Below are positions 25,230 through 36,263 of a stretch of DNA of 64,000 nucleotides, in pieces. The stretch lies in contig NC_045697.1 in NCBI RefSeq assembly GCF_009834535.1, forward strand, positions 29,700,001-29,764,000, written 5' to 3'. Below the pieces are notes generated by a model that did not search any database, was not told where the DNA came from, and was given only the letters and a program-made list of their open reading frames with translations. Source of the stretch: Camelus ferus. Taxonomy: Eukaryota. The position numbers and the translations under genes were made by a program. The stretch's first letter is position 1. The number at the start of each line of letters is the position of its first letter.

Positions 25230-26744
25230 ACAATTAATTGCTTACTTTTTGATTTCAGAGTATATGTTTTTGTAGCCCCCCATATGTACAGTTAAATGTA
25301 TCATTCTTTAATGCTATATTGTGAACCCCTATTTTCAGCTTTATCACACAAAAGACACTTGATAATATCTGTTTAATGAATGAACAAAGAGAAAGGGAAA
25401 ATTCGTTTTTATTAATGTACTGTACTAAGCACTTTACAATTTTAACTCAATTTATTCTCAACATATAACTCAATTTTTCCTTGGGCTGTATCACCATTTT
25501 AAAACAGGAAACAGGCACAGAGGAGTTGAGTTACTTTTCCAAGGTCACACAGCTATTAAAAGACAGAGGCAGAATTTGAGCAAGGCAGTCTCGATTCAGA
25601 GCTTAGGTTCTTACCTAATGAGATGTTATGACTCTGTGAAAGATCCTTTTTCTAGGGAATTCCACCATGTTTTTTTTTTTAAACCCTGACAGCTTCCTAG
25701 TAAGAAGAGAAAGCTAATTAAATTTCTCTATAAATTTTAACTATTAAAAATTTTTAGTAAATTTTGTAAATACTTATTCCTTGGTTCTTAAACAATGATA
25801 ATGCATGGATTCTTTTCAGGGATTCATAGAAACGCAATTTACAAGCACGAAAGCATACAATAAAGTTCATCACATTCTTTGTCTCTGCATTTCCCCCAGG
25901 TTACCAAGAGTTGTTACTGCAGACACTGACATTTTATTGAACTGGCTCTGGCTACAAAAAATTTATGTTCTTATGGTCAGGGCAGTCTTCCTCCCTAGTT
26001 GTATGATATCCTCTCACCTCTTTAAAATCCTTGTTTTGCTTATCTTCAGAGAGTAGAAATTTGAGTCCTGAGTACCAGTGTACCTGATGTCTCCCTTAAT
26101 TATCTGCACAGATAAGGGCAAGAATTTAAATATTGTAAATGGAGGAAGACCATCACTTTCATGTTCAAAGCGTACAACAAAAATACCATCCAATTTTAAA
26201 TTCATATAAACATAATTAAATAGAAAGGGGAAGTCTGAAATAAAGAATGTTGAAAGACCAAAGAGGTTATAAAAGAACCAGAAATCATTAACAAGAGAAA
26301 AATGCTTCACTAATACCAGAGATAGACAAGAACTATATTGCTAATTGGCAAAGGAATTGATCGTCTCCTTGTCAAGCAAAGAATGAATCATCTCCTTTCT
26401 CTACTTGTTCCTGCCAAGTAACTTCCACTTTTAAGCACCTCATTGCAAGGTCCACAGAAATAAAGTAAGTAAAGGAAGGAAGGAAGAAAGAGAGAAAGGA
26501 AGGGAATGAGGCAGGGGAGAGTGGCAGAGAGAGAGACAGACGGACAGAAAGGGAAAATGGAGAAAAAGATCTAAAGAGCTCTTTGATTTAAGAGATTATT
26601 ATTATAAATAAACTTATGTCATTCAGCTAAATGAAGCCTAGCCCCTTACAAATATATGAGTGAAAAAGTAGAATTTGGGAGAAGAAGAGGCATCAGTATA
26701 GGAAAAAGAAGTGTGATTAAAAGCAATAGCACAGAATTAATAAT

Positions 26745-26960
26745 GAACATGGAGGTTAGATATCAGAAAAAAAAAAGATTCTTGGTAAAGTCAATTAAAT
26801 AAAAGGAAAGACTTCAAAGGGATATAATAAATGCACCATCCCTTGAGACATTAAATATTAACCTGGACAAAGAACTAGAATATATTTTGTAGAAAGGAAT
26901 CCTTTCTGACAAGCTGGTAGATTAGCTCTAATTGGTTTTTCCACCTCTAATTTCTTTGAA
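26745..26960 (+). mobile_element. Probable CR1/L3-type LINE 3' end remnant
   Basis: aggttagatatcagaaaaaaa (RLDIRKK), ccatcccttgaga, ctggacaaa and terminal ttccacctctaatttctttga resemble CR1 3' ends; highly diverged. Confidence 0.5.
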
Positions 26961-27123
26961 TCTCTGAAATGCTATTCTTAGAAGAGTTTTCTTTGAGGAT
27001 GAATTTTCGGTTTTTATTTTAATGAAATGAGTTATGATTTCTCATGAATATGGTTTCCAAGACAGTGACTTTGCAAGAAATTATTGTTATTTAGATTATG
27101 AAAGTTAAAAGGCAAAGTTACAG

Positions 27124-27180
27124 ATACCTAAAGCTAACATAATATTGTATGTCAGCTATATTTCAATAAAAAGGGGGGAA
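27124..27180 (+). mobile_element. Very short L1 3'-terminal insertion
   Basis: aactaacataatattgtatgtca-like L1 end with tcaataaaaa; degenerate TSD aaaa..caaagt(t/c)acag on both sides. Confidence 0.55.
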
Positions 27181-27729
27181 AAAATCAAAGTCACAGCATT
27201 GGTAAACATGATAAATTCCAATATGTTTTCTTTCATTGTGCGCTAGTAGTAGTCTTGGGGAAAAATCCCAAGAAATGAAGGAATAGGCTGCACTCCCAAA
27301 ACAGGAGAGTTGGAGCAGGTAAATATTCTAAATATTCTAGCAGTTTTTACCTTTTCATTCTAGATTCTTACCCTGTCTAGAAAGTTATGACTGAGAGAAA
27401 AAGATTTAGGTTCCATTGAAATGATGTCAAATTTTGTATTATTGAATCAGGTAATAGTTCTGAGGAGATAGGGGGCCATATCATCATATACATGTTATTT
27501 ATTGTAAGAAAAGAGCTAAATTAGATATACACTAGAAAAAAATTTGCGTCATGCCTTTTAATTTTCTTAGGGAACATTTTGCTTAAGAAAAGAAGAGAAA
27601 ACAATAAGTGAAACAGGAGGTATACCTGTTTCTCCTTACATTTATAGTGATTTTCAAAGCAGGGCTATCTACATACTTTGATAAATGTTATTGCTTTTCT
27701 GTGAATAAAAATATGATTGAAAAAAATAG

Positions 27730-28290
27730 TCTTGATTAATACTTTTTAATCCCTAGATCATAAAGATATTTTCCCCTATTATTTTCTGAAGATTTCAAGT
27801 TTTGTATATTTTATTTTGTTTTTATATTTAAATCTTTAATTTGTTTTCTAATGTGGTATGAGATATGAGCATACTTTTACAAGTAGAAAGCCAACTGTTT
27901 TAATGTCATGTATTGAACAGTCCTTCTTGTCTATAATGCCACTTCTGTCAAATACCAGCCTCTCACTGGCCTGTTCCTAGGTTCTCTATTCCCTTCCACT
28001 AATTGATATTTCTATTCTTGTGCTAATATTGCACTATTTTCATTTATATACCTTTGCAATATACCTTGATATCTGGTAGATGGGCCTCTATTTTTTCTTC
28101 TGCTTTATTGACTACCTTAGACCTTCACTCACAATATCTCTTCCTTACAAAATTTATAATAAATATATCACTTTGATAAATATGTTTAGAATTTTAATTT
28201 GTATTAGATTAATTTGAGGAGAACTGACATTTTTGCTCTATTGAATAATCACATAAGTGTATTATATTTTTCCATTTATTTAAAAATCTT
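27730..28290 (-). mobile_element. Ancient L1M ORF2 fragment
   Basis: Antisense L1 hallmarks: ccttgatatctggtag, ttaatttgaggagaactgacat, ttccatttatt. Confidence 0.6.
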
Positions 28291-28719
28291 TAATTTAACA
28301 AATAATCTCTACATCTACTAAACTCTGAGCCCATCAAAACCCACATAACTTTTCAAGCTTGAGAATAGTATTAGTAAGAGGACTTTACTCTGTATATTGT
28401 CCTAAATCCGCTGCTACTTTGGCTGAGACAAAATTCCTGTACAGAAGTCTATTGTTCTCAGTTAATTTTTACTGGATCGGATCTTCAAAAAAGTCAATGA
28501 TATGAAGAAAGTCAGTCAAGCACATTGCCTTTGTCAAAATGACTGATGTTTGTATAAATCCAGTGTAGTTAGGATTATCAGCCTCAATTCCAATGAGGTT
28601 TAAGATGGCAATGTCTCATTTAAATTAATATCAGATTTACAAGGAAAGTCACAAAGAAAAAAAATAAACAGATTTCTCTCCTTTAACCAGTATATTTGGA
28701 TTGCTTACATTTAATAGAG

Positions 28720-31360
28720 CAGTCTAAACACACTAGAGTCCCTAGAGCAACCACTAAAAGAGAGAGAAACATAGCTAAAAAATGCAATACATAAGGTAAA
28801 ATAGAATACTGAAAGTATTTAAATAATGCAAAAGAATACAGGAAAGGAAGAAGAAAAGAGCAAAACATAGGAAACAAACAGAAAAATAGTAAAATTGTGG
28901 ACCTATCCAGACATATTAATAATTACATTAAATGTAAATAGTCTAAACCCTCTAATTAAAAGACTATGATTCTCAGATTAGCTATAAAGATAGAAGCCTC
29001 AATTATATGCTATCTACAAGAAAGCAATTTAAATATAATTATATAGATAAATTAAAAGATCAGGAAAAATATATGATGAAAATACAATCAAATGTTATTA
29101 TTTTGCTAGGGCTGCCATAACAAAATACAACAGCCTGGGTGACTTAAACAACAGAAGTTTATTTTCCTCACCGTGCTGGAGACTGGAAGCCCAAGATCAA
29201 AGTGCTGGCAGGACTGATTTCTCGTGAGGTCTCTCTCCGTGGCTTGCAGATCACTTCCTTCTCCCTGGGTCCTCACATGACCTTTCCTCTGAGCAAGTAC
29301 CTGCCTAGTGTCTCTTCCTTTTCTTTTAAGGACACCAGTCACATTAGATTAGGGCCCATCCACATGACTCCATTTAACTTTAATTACCTCTATAGAGACC
29401 CTATCTCCAAATACAGTCACAGTTTGAAGTAGGAGAGGTTTCTGCTTTAACATATAAATTTGGAGAGTAGGGGCATAATTCAGTCCATAACATCAAAAGA
29501 AGCTGGACTAGTTGTATTTGTATCAGATAAAGTAGGCTTCAGAACAAGGAAAATTACTAGAGTTAAAGACAGACATTATATAATGAAAAATGGATTGATT
29601 CATCAATAACTCACAACAATCTTGATGTGTGTGCACCTAAAAATCAGAGGTCAAAAACACACAAAGCAAAAACTGATAGAAGTGCAAATACACAAATTAT
29701 ACATGGAGTCTTCAACATTCCACTCTCAGTAGTGAATAAAACAGTAGATTAAAAAAACAACAAGGATATAGAAGATCTGAATACTCCAGCCACCAACTTG
29801 ACTTAATTGACATTTATAGAACATTCTGGCTAACAACAGCAGAATACACAATTGTTTCAGGTACACAGGAAAAAAATGAAATCATCCTAAGCTTTTTCTC
29901 TGCTCATAACAGAATTAAACTAGAAATCAATAATAGAATGATATCTGGAAAATCCCCAAATACTTGAAAATTAAACAATGCACTCCTAAGTAATCCATTA
30001 GTCAAAGGAGAAATCTCAGGGAAAATTAGAAAACTGTTTGAATGCAAATACAAAATATCAAAATTTGTGGAATGTAGCTAAGTGTTTAGAGGAATGTTTA
30101 TAGCATTAAATACATTTTTTAAAAGGAAAGGACTCAAATCAATAGTTTAAACTTTCATGCTAAACAAAATAAAACAAACAAACAAAAAAAGAGGAAATTA
30201 AGCCCAAAGTAAGTAGTACAAAGAAATAACAGAGTATTAAATACTAGAAAAAATAATAGAAAAAAATCAATGAAAATAAATGCTGGTTCCTTAAAACAAA
30301 CCAATAAAATTGGGAAGCCTCTAGTTAGACTGATAAAGGAAAAATAAAATTTACAAATTACCAATACCACGTTAATAAAACAATATTAATAACTTTATCC
30401 TAATAAATCTGATGTCCTGGGTGAAATGCACAAATTCCTTAAAAAACAAAAATTGCCAAAAGTGACCCAAGAGGGGAAAGAAAACTTGAAGAGTGCTATG
30501 TACATTACAGAAATTGAAAAGTTCAAGCCACAAGTGAATTTTATGAAACTTTAAAAGAAGAAATAATAAAACTTCTAAATAAACTTTTTCATAAAATAGA
30601 AAAGGAGGAAAAATTTCCTAACTCATTTTATTGAAGCCAGAATCACCCTGATACCAGACAAACACTGATAAGGAAAGAGAAATACAGAGAATGTAGATGT
30701 AAAATCTCAAAAAAACTTTAGCAAATTGCATCCAACTACACATACACATACTGTTGTACAAGTGTGTGTGTGTGTGTGTTAAACATGTTAAAAGAATTCA
30801 GATTAGAAAGAAAGAAGTAAAACTGCCTTTATTTGCAAATGTTACATGATGTTTTATATAGATAATCCAACTGAATCTATAATAAACCTATCAGAACCAA
30901 AAAGGAAATGTAAAAAGGTCACAGGGTACAAGGCCAACACTCGCACACACAAAAACTCAATTTCTATTTACAAGCAATGAACAACTAAAACAGTTGTTTT
31001 AATTAAGATAGCATCAAAACATTGTATTTCTATTTACTAGTAATGACAGAAAATTTTAAAAACATAATAGCATAAAAATATCAGGAATAAAAATGAAAGA
31101 TGTGTAAAAGCTTTATACCTAAATCTCCAAAATATTGCTGAGAAATCTTAAAGAAAACCTAATTAAATGAAATGTTTAAAAAAAACCTAATTAAATGTTT
31201 GTGGATTGGAGGAATCAATATTAGTAAGGTGGCAATGGCCCCTATGTTGTTCTGTAGAGTCAATGCAATCCCAGCCAAAATCCTTGCATACTTGTACAAA
31301 GGAGTTGAAAAGTAAATTTTAAAATTTATATAGAAAGGCAAAGGACTTAAAATAATTTTT
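28720..31360 (+). mobile_element. Ancient L1M fragment (spacer + degraded ORF2)
   Basis: Decayed EN/RT sequence: attacattaaatgtaaatagtctaaac, tcagataaagtag, aattaaactagaaatcaataa, atcaccctgatacca, tcaatgcaatccca; many stops and indels. Confidence 0.85.
29093..29492 (-). mobile_element. MaLR solo LTR (MLT1A-like) inserted in old L1 ORF2
   Basis: TG...CA ends, exact 5-bp TSD TCAAA (29088-29092, 29493-29497); gggctgccataacaaaatac and taaggacaccagtca consensus segments. Confidence 0.88.
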
Positions 31361-31367
31361 TTAAAAA

Positions 31368-31820
31368 GCCGCTCCCACATTTTAGGTTTTTATTATAGCA
31401 GCACCTCATTTCCAGGTACCAATATCAGTTTTAGTTACGAATTGCTGTATAACAAATTACTCCTTACAGCTGAGAAGCACAAACATTTATTGTCTCACCA
31501 TTTCTATGGGGCAAACATCTGGAAGCATCTTAGCTGGAGTCTCTCAAGGTCTCTCATGAGATCACAGTCAAGCTGTTAGCTGGGACTGCAGTCATCTGAA
31601 GGCTGGACGAGGGAAAATCTTCACCCACACTTGCTCATGTGATTTTAGGCAATCCTCAGTTTCTAACTGGCTGTTAGCCAGACACCTCAGTTCCTCCTCC
31701 TATGAGCAGCCTGAGTGTCTTCACAATTTGGCTGGAATCCCCTAGAGCAAGTGACCCAAGAGAAGAGGGGAGGGTGAGAGAGACGGCACAAGACAGACCA
31801 GGACAGACTGATGCCATGGT
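31368..31820 (-). mobile_element. MaLR LTR fragment with adjoining internal start (MLT1F-like)
   Basis: cccacattttagg..atagcagcacc..ggtaccaat junction followed by ttgctgtataacaaattac..tctgaaggctggac. Confidence 0.6.
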
Positions 31821-32039
31821 GTCTCCTAGGGTTTATTTTTCATTTCTGTGTAAATAATATTAAAAGAATTCACAACTTTTTATCAAATGTCACATTTTTT
31901 CATGAAAGAAGAGGTTTTAAATTTTTCCATGAGAAAACTATAGGGCTTCATTTTAAATAAATGATGATAATACTATTAATAAAATAAAAATAAGTGAAAT
32001 GTTCCGAGCACTTACTATGTCCCAGGCACTCCACTGCAC

Positions 32040-32280
32040 ACATGTTAAGAGCATGGTCTTTGGCACAGACTGACTGCTGTTGCCTTTCTGACCCACCACT
32101 TACTGGTTATGTTCCTCTGGGCAAGTTCTTAAACTCTCGGTGCCTCAGTTTCCTCATCTGTAAAATGGAGGTAATAATAATATTCACCTCATAGAGTTGT
32201 TATGAAAATTAAGTGGGTCACAATACATGGATCACTAAGGGGCTGGCATCTAAGAAGCATTTTGTAAGATTTAGCTAATA
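32040..32280 (+). mobile_element. MIR (nested within another MIR-like segment)
   Basis: ctgggcaagttcttaaactctcggtgcctcagtttcctcatctgtaaaatggag..cacctcatagagttgttatga. Confidence 0.78.
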
Positions 32281-32849
32281 TCCATGTTAGGTAGCATTTA
32301 CAAATGTCTTCTCATTTAATACTCAGAATACCCTAGGGGGTAAGAACAATTATTATTTGACCCCATAGGAAAAGCAGTTGAGCCTTGGAGATGTAAGTTA
32401 AGTAATTCATCTAAATGTACATGAATGAGTGGCAGAACTGAGTTCTATGCAATTCTTTGGCCAGAGGTTACTGAAAAAAAATTAAAAGTCCCAGATTGGG
32501 GTGGAGAGAGATCAAAAGTGAAGATAGAATCTAGATCAGAGAACTCACTAGCAACTATAATTGTTTGGAAGTTATTTTAAAAGAATATTGAAATAGAAGA
32601 AATTTTCTTTCTTTCTAGTACCTAGTTGTCCAAATGACCACATAGTTCTTACAGGAAAAGTGAACATAAAATATCAGAAAGCAGATAATCTGGCAAGAGA
32701 ATAGTGAAGTGGAAGAAAGACGTTTGAAAACCTGCTACCCATCTCCGAAGTCTAACTGCCATTGGAGTCCCTCTTCTATGGTACTAAGTTGGAATGTTTT
32801 CAATAGCCAGAATTGCTTTTGCTTCTAGCTACCTACCTGCCACTCAGGG

Positions 32850-33210
32850 TATGATGGACATTAGACCTGTCCACAAATATTCAGTTATCCTCTTCCTGGG
32901 AACATGGTGGAACTGCATTTCCCATCCTCCTTTTAAATCAAGCATGGCCATACGGCTTGCTTTGTCCAGTGAAATATGAGTGGAAATGATGTGTGTCAGT
33001 ACCAAGTGGAAACTTTAAGAACCAATATACCTTTTGCTCCTGTTCAAGTGGTATCTCCTTCAGCCTGGATCCTTGAAGGAATACAGTGCGCAGAGCCTCC
33101 CTTTGACCTTCTTTGGACATGAAATATGAGCAGCTAGGAAACCACTGCCATTTAAAGCCACTGAGATTTGGGAGTTGTTTGTCACTCCAGGATAATCCAT
33201 CTGTTCTGGG
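32850..33210 (+). mobile_element. Old MaLR LTR (MLT1H/I-like)
   Basis: cttgctttgtccagtgaaatatgagtggaa..gtgtgtca and aagccactgagatttgggagttgtttgt segments. Confidence 0.6.
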
Positions 33211-34956
33211 ATGATTATGCAGTTTCAAAATCTTCTTTTTAAGAATTGTGACATCTGGGAGAAGATGGCGGAGTAGAAGGACGCTCGCAGGTCACCCTCT
33301 CCCACAAATACACCAAGACCCACATTTACAAACCCACTCAGCCAACCAGAGCACCTGTGGAACTCCGACAGAACATCGCCCTCTTCAAAAGATAAAGACG
33401 CCAAAAATCTGGTAGGAGAGAAGGAAAAAAGAAAGAACAAAAGGCAAAGCAGCGCGGGACGGGTCCCACGGGGAGGGAGCGGCAAAGGAGGACTGGCGCT
33501 CGCTCGCTGGGTCTCCCCTCTCCAACTGAGAGGCCAGCGGGACGGAGGGGGAGCCTCCGAGGCTCGGATCTGTACAGAGCAGCCCTTGACTAACAGAACT
33601 AAGTTAAACGGGAACAGAGCGTCCCCCCGACACCCAGCCTGAGACGCGGGCCGGCAGCGGCGGGCAGGGCCAGGCTGCACAAGCCAGGCGGAGGACGGAA
33701 GTGGCTGCACGGAGGCAGCCCCGGGGGAACGCAAGGGGCTGCGCGCCGTGGCTGTGGGTGCACAGGGCAGAACAACCTGGGCCCTCCATAAAACAGCAAG
33801 GTTGATGTGCTCTCGGGGGAAGGGTGCACACCCCCATCTCTGAAAACCCGCGGAAAGTTTTCGGGGGAAGAGAGGCGGGGCTCGGGCACAGCCGCCATAT
33901 CCTCCGCGCTGAGCACTCAGGCGGGGGCGGGGGCGAAACCTGCATCCACACCCAAGGGCTTAGCAGCCTCAAAGACCAGACTGAGACTGGCCTGTAGCCC
34001 GGGGCAGATAGGATCCTTCCATCCTGGTCCCTCAGAGAACTTGCTCCACAAAGACAAACAAGGAGCTGGGTTTTGGCTCGGAGCAGGGACAGGGCTGTCC
34101 CTCGGTCTTACCCGAGCCCACCTGCAGAGAGCCGACCAGGGCGGAGCGCGCAGCTGCACAGAGAGCGAAACTACCGGCGGCGCAGGTAGAGGGAGAGTGC
34201 CGCGCCCCCCCCCCCCCCCCCCCCCCCCCCCGCCTTTCGTGCAGGAACACAGCCCCTGACCGAGGTGCTGGGAGGGGGCACGACCCGCCCTCCTACCCGA
34301 CCAGTCTGCAACATCTGACTGCGGCATCCGGAGGGGCAGTGACCTGCCCACCCACAGCAGAGGAGAGCTGCACCTGACCCAGTGTTAGGAGGCGCGATCT
34401 GCTTGCCAACAGGTGCTGGGAGCAGCACAGAAGAGGGCGCCAACGGAGGGCCTCTGAAAACAGCAAGCTGAGCTTCCAAAACAGGATGAAGACAGAAAGA
34501 CTTCACATTAAAAGCACACAGACTCCAGGAGAACACCGACAAACCCCCCCCCCCTTTTTTTTTTAAATCTGTTTTTACCTGTTCTATTTTCTATTACTCT
34601 CTTAATCTTTACTTCCTAATTCATTTCTATTTCTCTTGGGTTTTGATGTCCTGCTATTGATTAGACACAGGTTTCAAATACATCTATTCATCTCCCCCCC
34701 CCTTTTTTTTGTAAAGGTTTTAAAAGGATGTCTCAACCTGATTAATACTCTGCTTCAACTCGCTCTTCTATTATTCATTATACACTGTTTTCAAACCCTC
34801 TTTCTCCCTTCTTTTAAAATTCTTTCTCTCTCTCTCTCTCTTATTTTTTTTTTCTTTTTTTCCTAAGTTCTATTCCTAAATAGGCATCAGATAGATAAAA
34901 TCCTTAAGGACCAAAATAAACAACTGATACTCCATAAACCACAGTGCCAGAGAGGT

Positions 34957-35859
34957 ATGAGCAAGATGAAGAAGCAGAAAAACCTTTCCCAATTAAAAGA
35001 ACAAGAGAAATCCCCTGAAAGAAAGATCAACGAAATAGACATCGATAGCCTACTAGATCAAGATTTCAAAAAAGGAGTGATCGAATTGCTGAAGGAATTA
35101 AAAGAGATAGTGTTTAGAGATATAAAATATGTCAAAAGTGAAATTGAAGCTATAAAGAAGAGCCAAGTAGAATGGCTAAACTCATTGACAGAGATGAGGA
35201 ATGATCTAATAGCTGTGCAAAGCCGACTAGATAATGCAGAGGAACGAATTAGTGATCTAGAAGACAGGGCAATAGAAAGCACCCATTCAGAAGAACTACA
35301 AGAGAAGCAAATAAAAAATAATGAAAATAGCATAAGGGACCTATGGGATAATATAAAGCATCCCAATCTTCGCATAATAGGGGTCCCAGAAGGAGAAGAA
35401 AGATCAAAGGGGATTTAAAAGGTTTTTGAAGAAATCATGACTGAAAAATTCCCAAACTTAAAGAAGGAATCAGATATCCAAGTACAGGAAGCTCAGAGGG
35501 TCCCAAACAGGAAGAACCCAAATAGACCCACACCAAGACATATCATAATCAAGATGGCCAGAGTCAAGGATAAAGAAATGATTCTAAAGGCAGCAAGAGA
35601 AAAGCAAAGAGTAAGTTACAAGGGAACCCCCATAAGGCTCTCAGCTGATTTCTCTACACAAACACTACAGGCCAGAAGGGAGTGGCAAGATATATTCAAA
35701 GCCCTGGATGAAAAAAAGATGCAGCCTAGGGTCCTTTATCCAGCAAGGCTATCCTTGAGGATAGAAGGAGAAATAAAGAGTTTCACAGGCAAAAAAAAGC
35801 TGCAGGAGTTTAGCAACACTAATCCCATGCTAAAAGAAATATTGAAAGGGCTATTCTAA
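34957..35859 (+). pseudogene. L1 ORF1p (about 300 aa) with one premature stop
   Basis: ORFs 34957..35418 and 35437..35859 share one frame, split by TAA at 35416-35418 (KGI*KVFEE, probably from GAA); L1 ORF1 motifs NLRIIGVPE, PRHIIIKM, IRLSADFS, ARREW, YPARLS. Confidence 0.95.
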
Positions 35860-36263
35860 ATAGAAAAGCAGCAGGATGCTACAGAAATGAGAAACACATA
35901 ACTGGAAAGGTGATAACTCATGAATTACAAATAAAGTAAACATGAAATTATAAAAGAAGACATACAAATCACTGAGAGTGGGAGAGGGAGGCAGGGAAAT
36001 ATAGAATATTTTTTTCTTTCTTTTTAAAATTTTTTTAACAGTAGGATGGGTTTGAGATCATGTTACTATCAGTTTAATAAAAACAGTTATAGTAATGGGT
36101 TGATAGAGTTACAAAAAAGGGTAACCACAAGCCAAAAATTTACAAAGGAGTCACAAAAATTAAATAAAATCCATGATAATACAAAGGAAAATTACGAAAC
36201 CACAAAAGGAAGAAGAAAGGAACAAAGAGGATATACCAATTCAACTGCAAAGATAAGTTCAAA

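Noticed and set aside
33225..34542. Antisense ORFs in the L1 5'UTR as a possible ORF0 equivalent
   Set aside because: ORF0 is described for primate L1; these frames are explained by GC content and show no similarity I can recognise.
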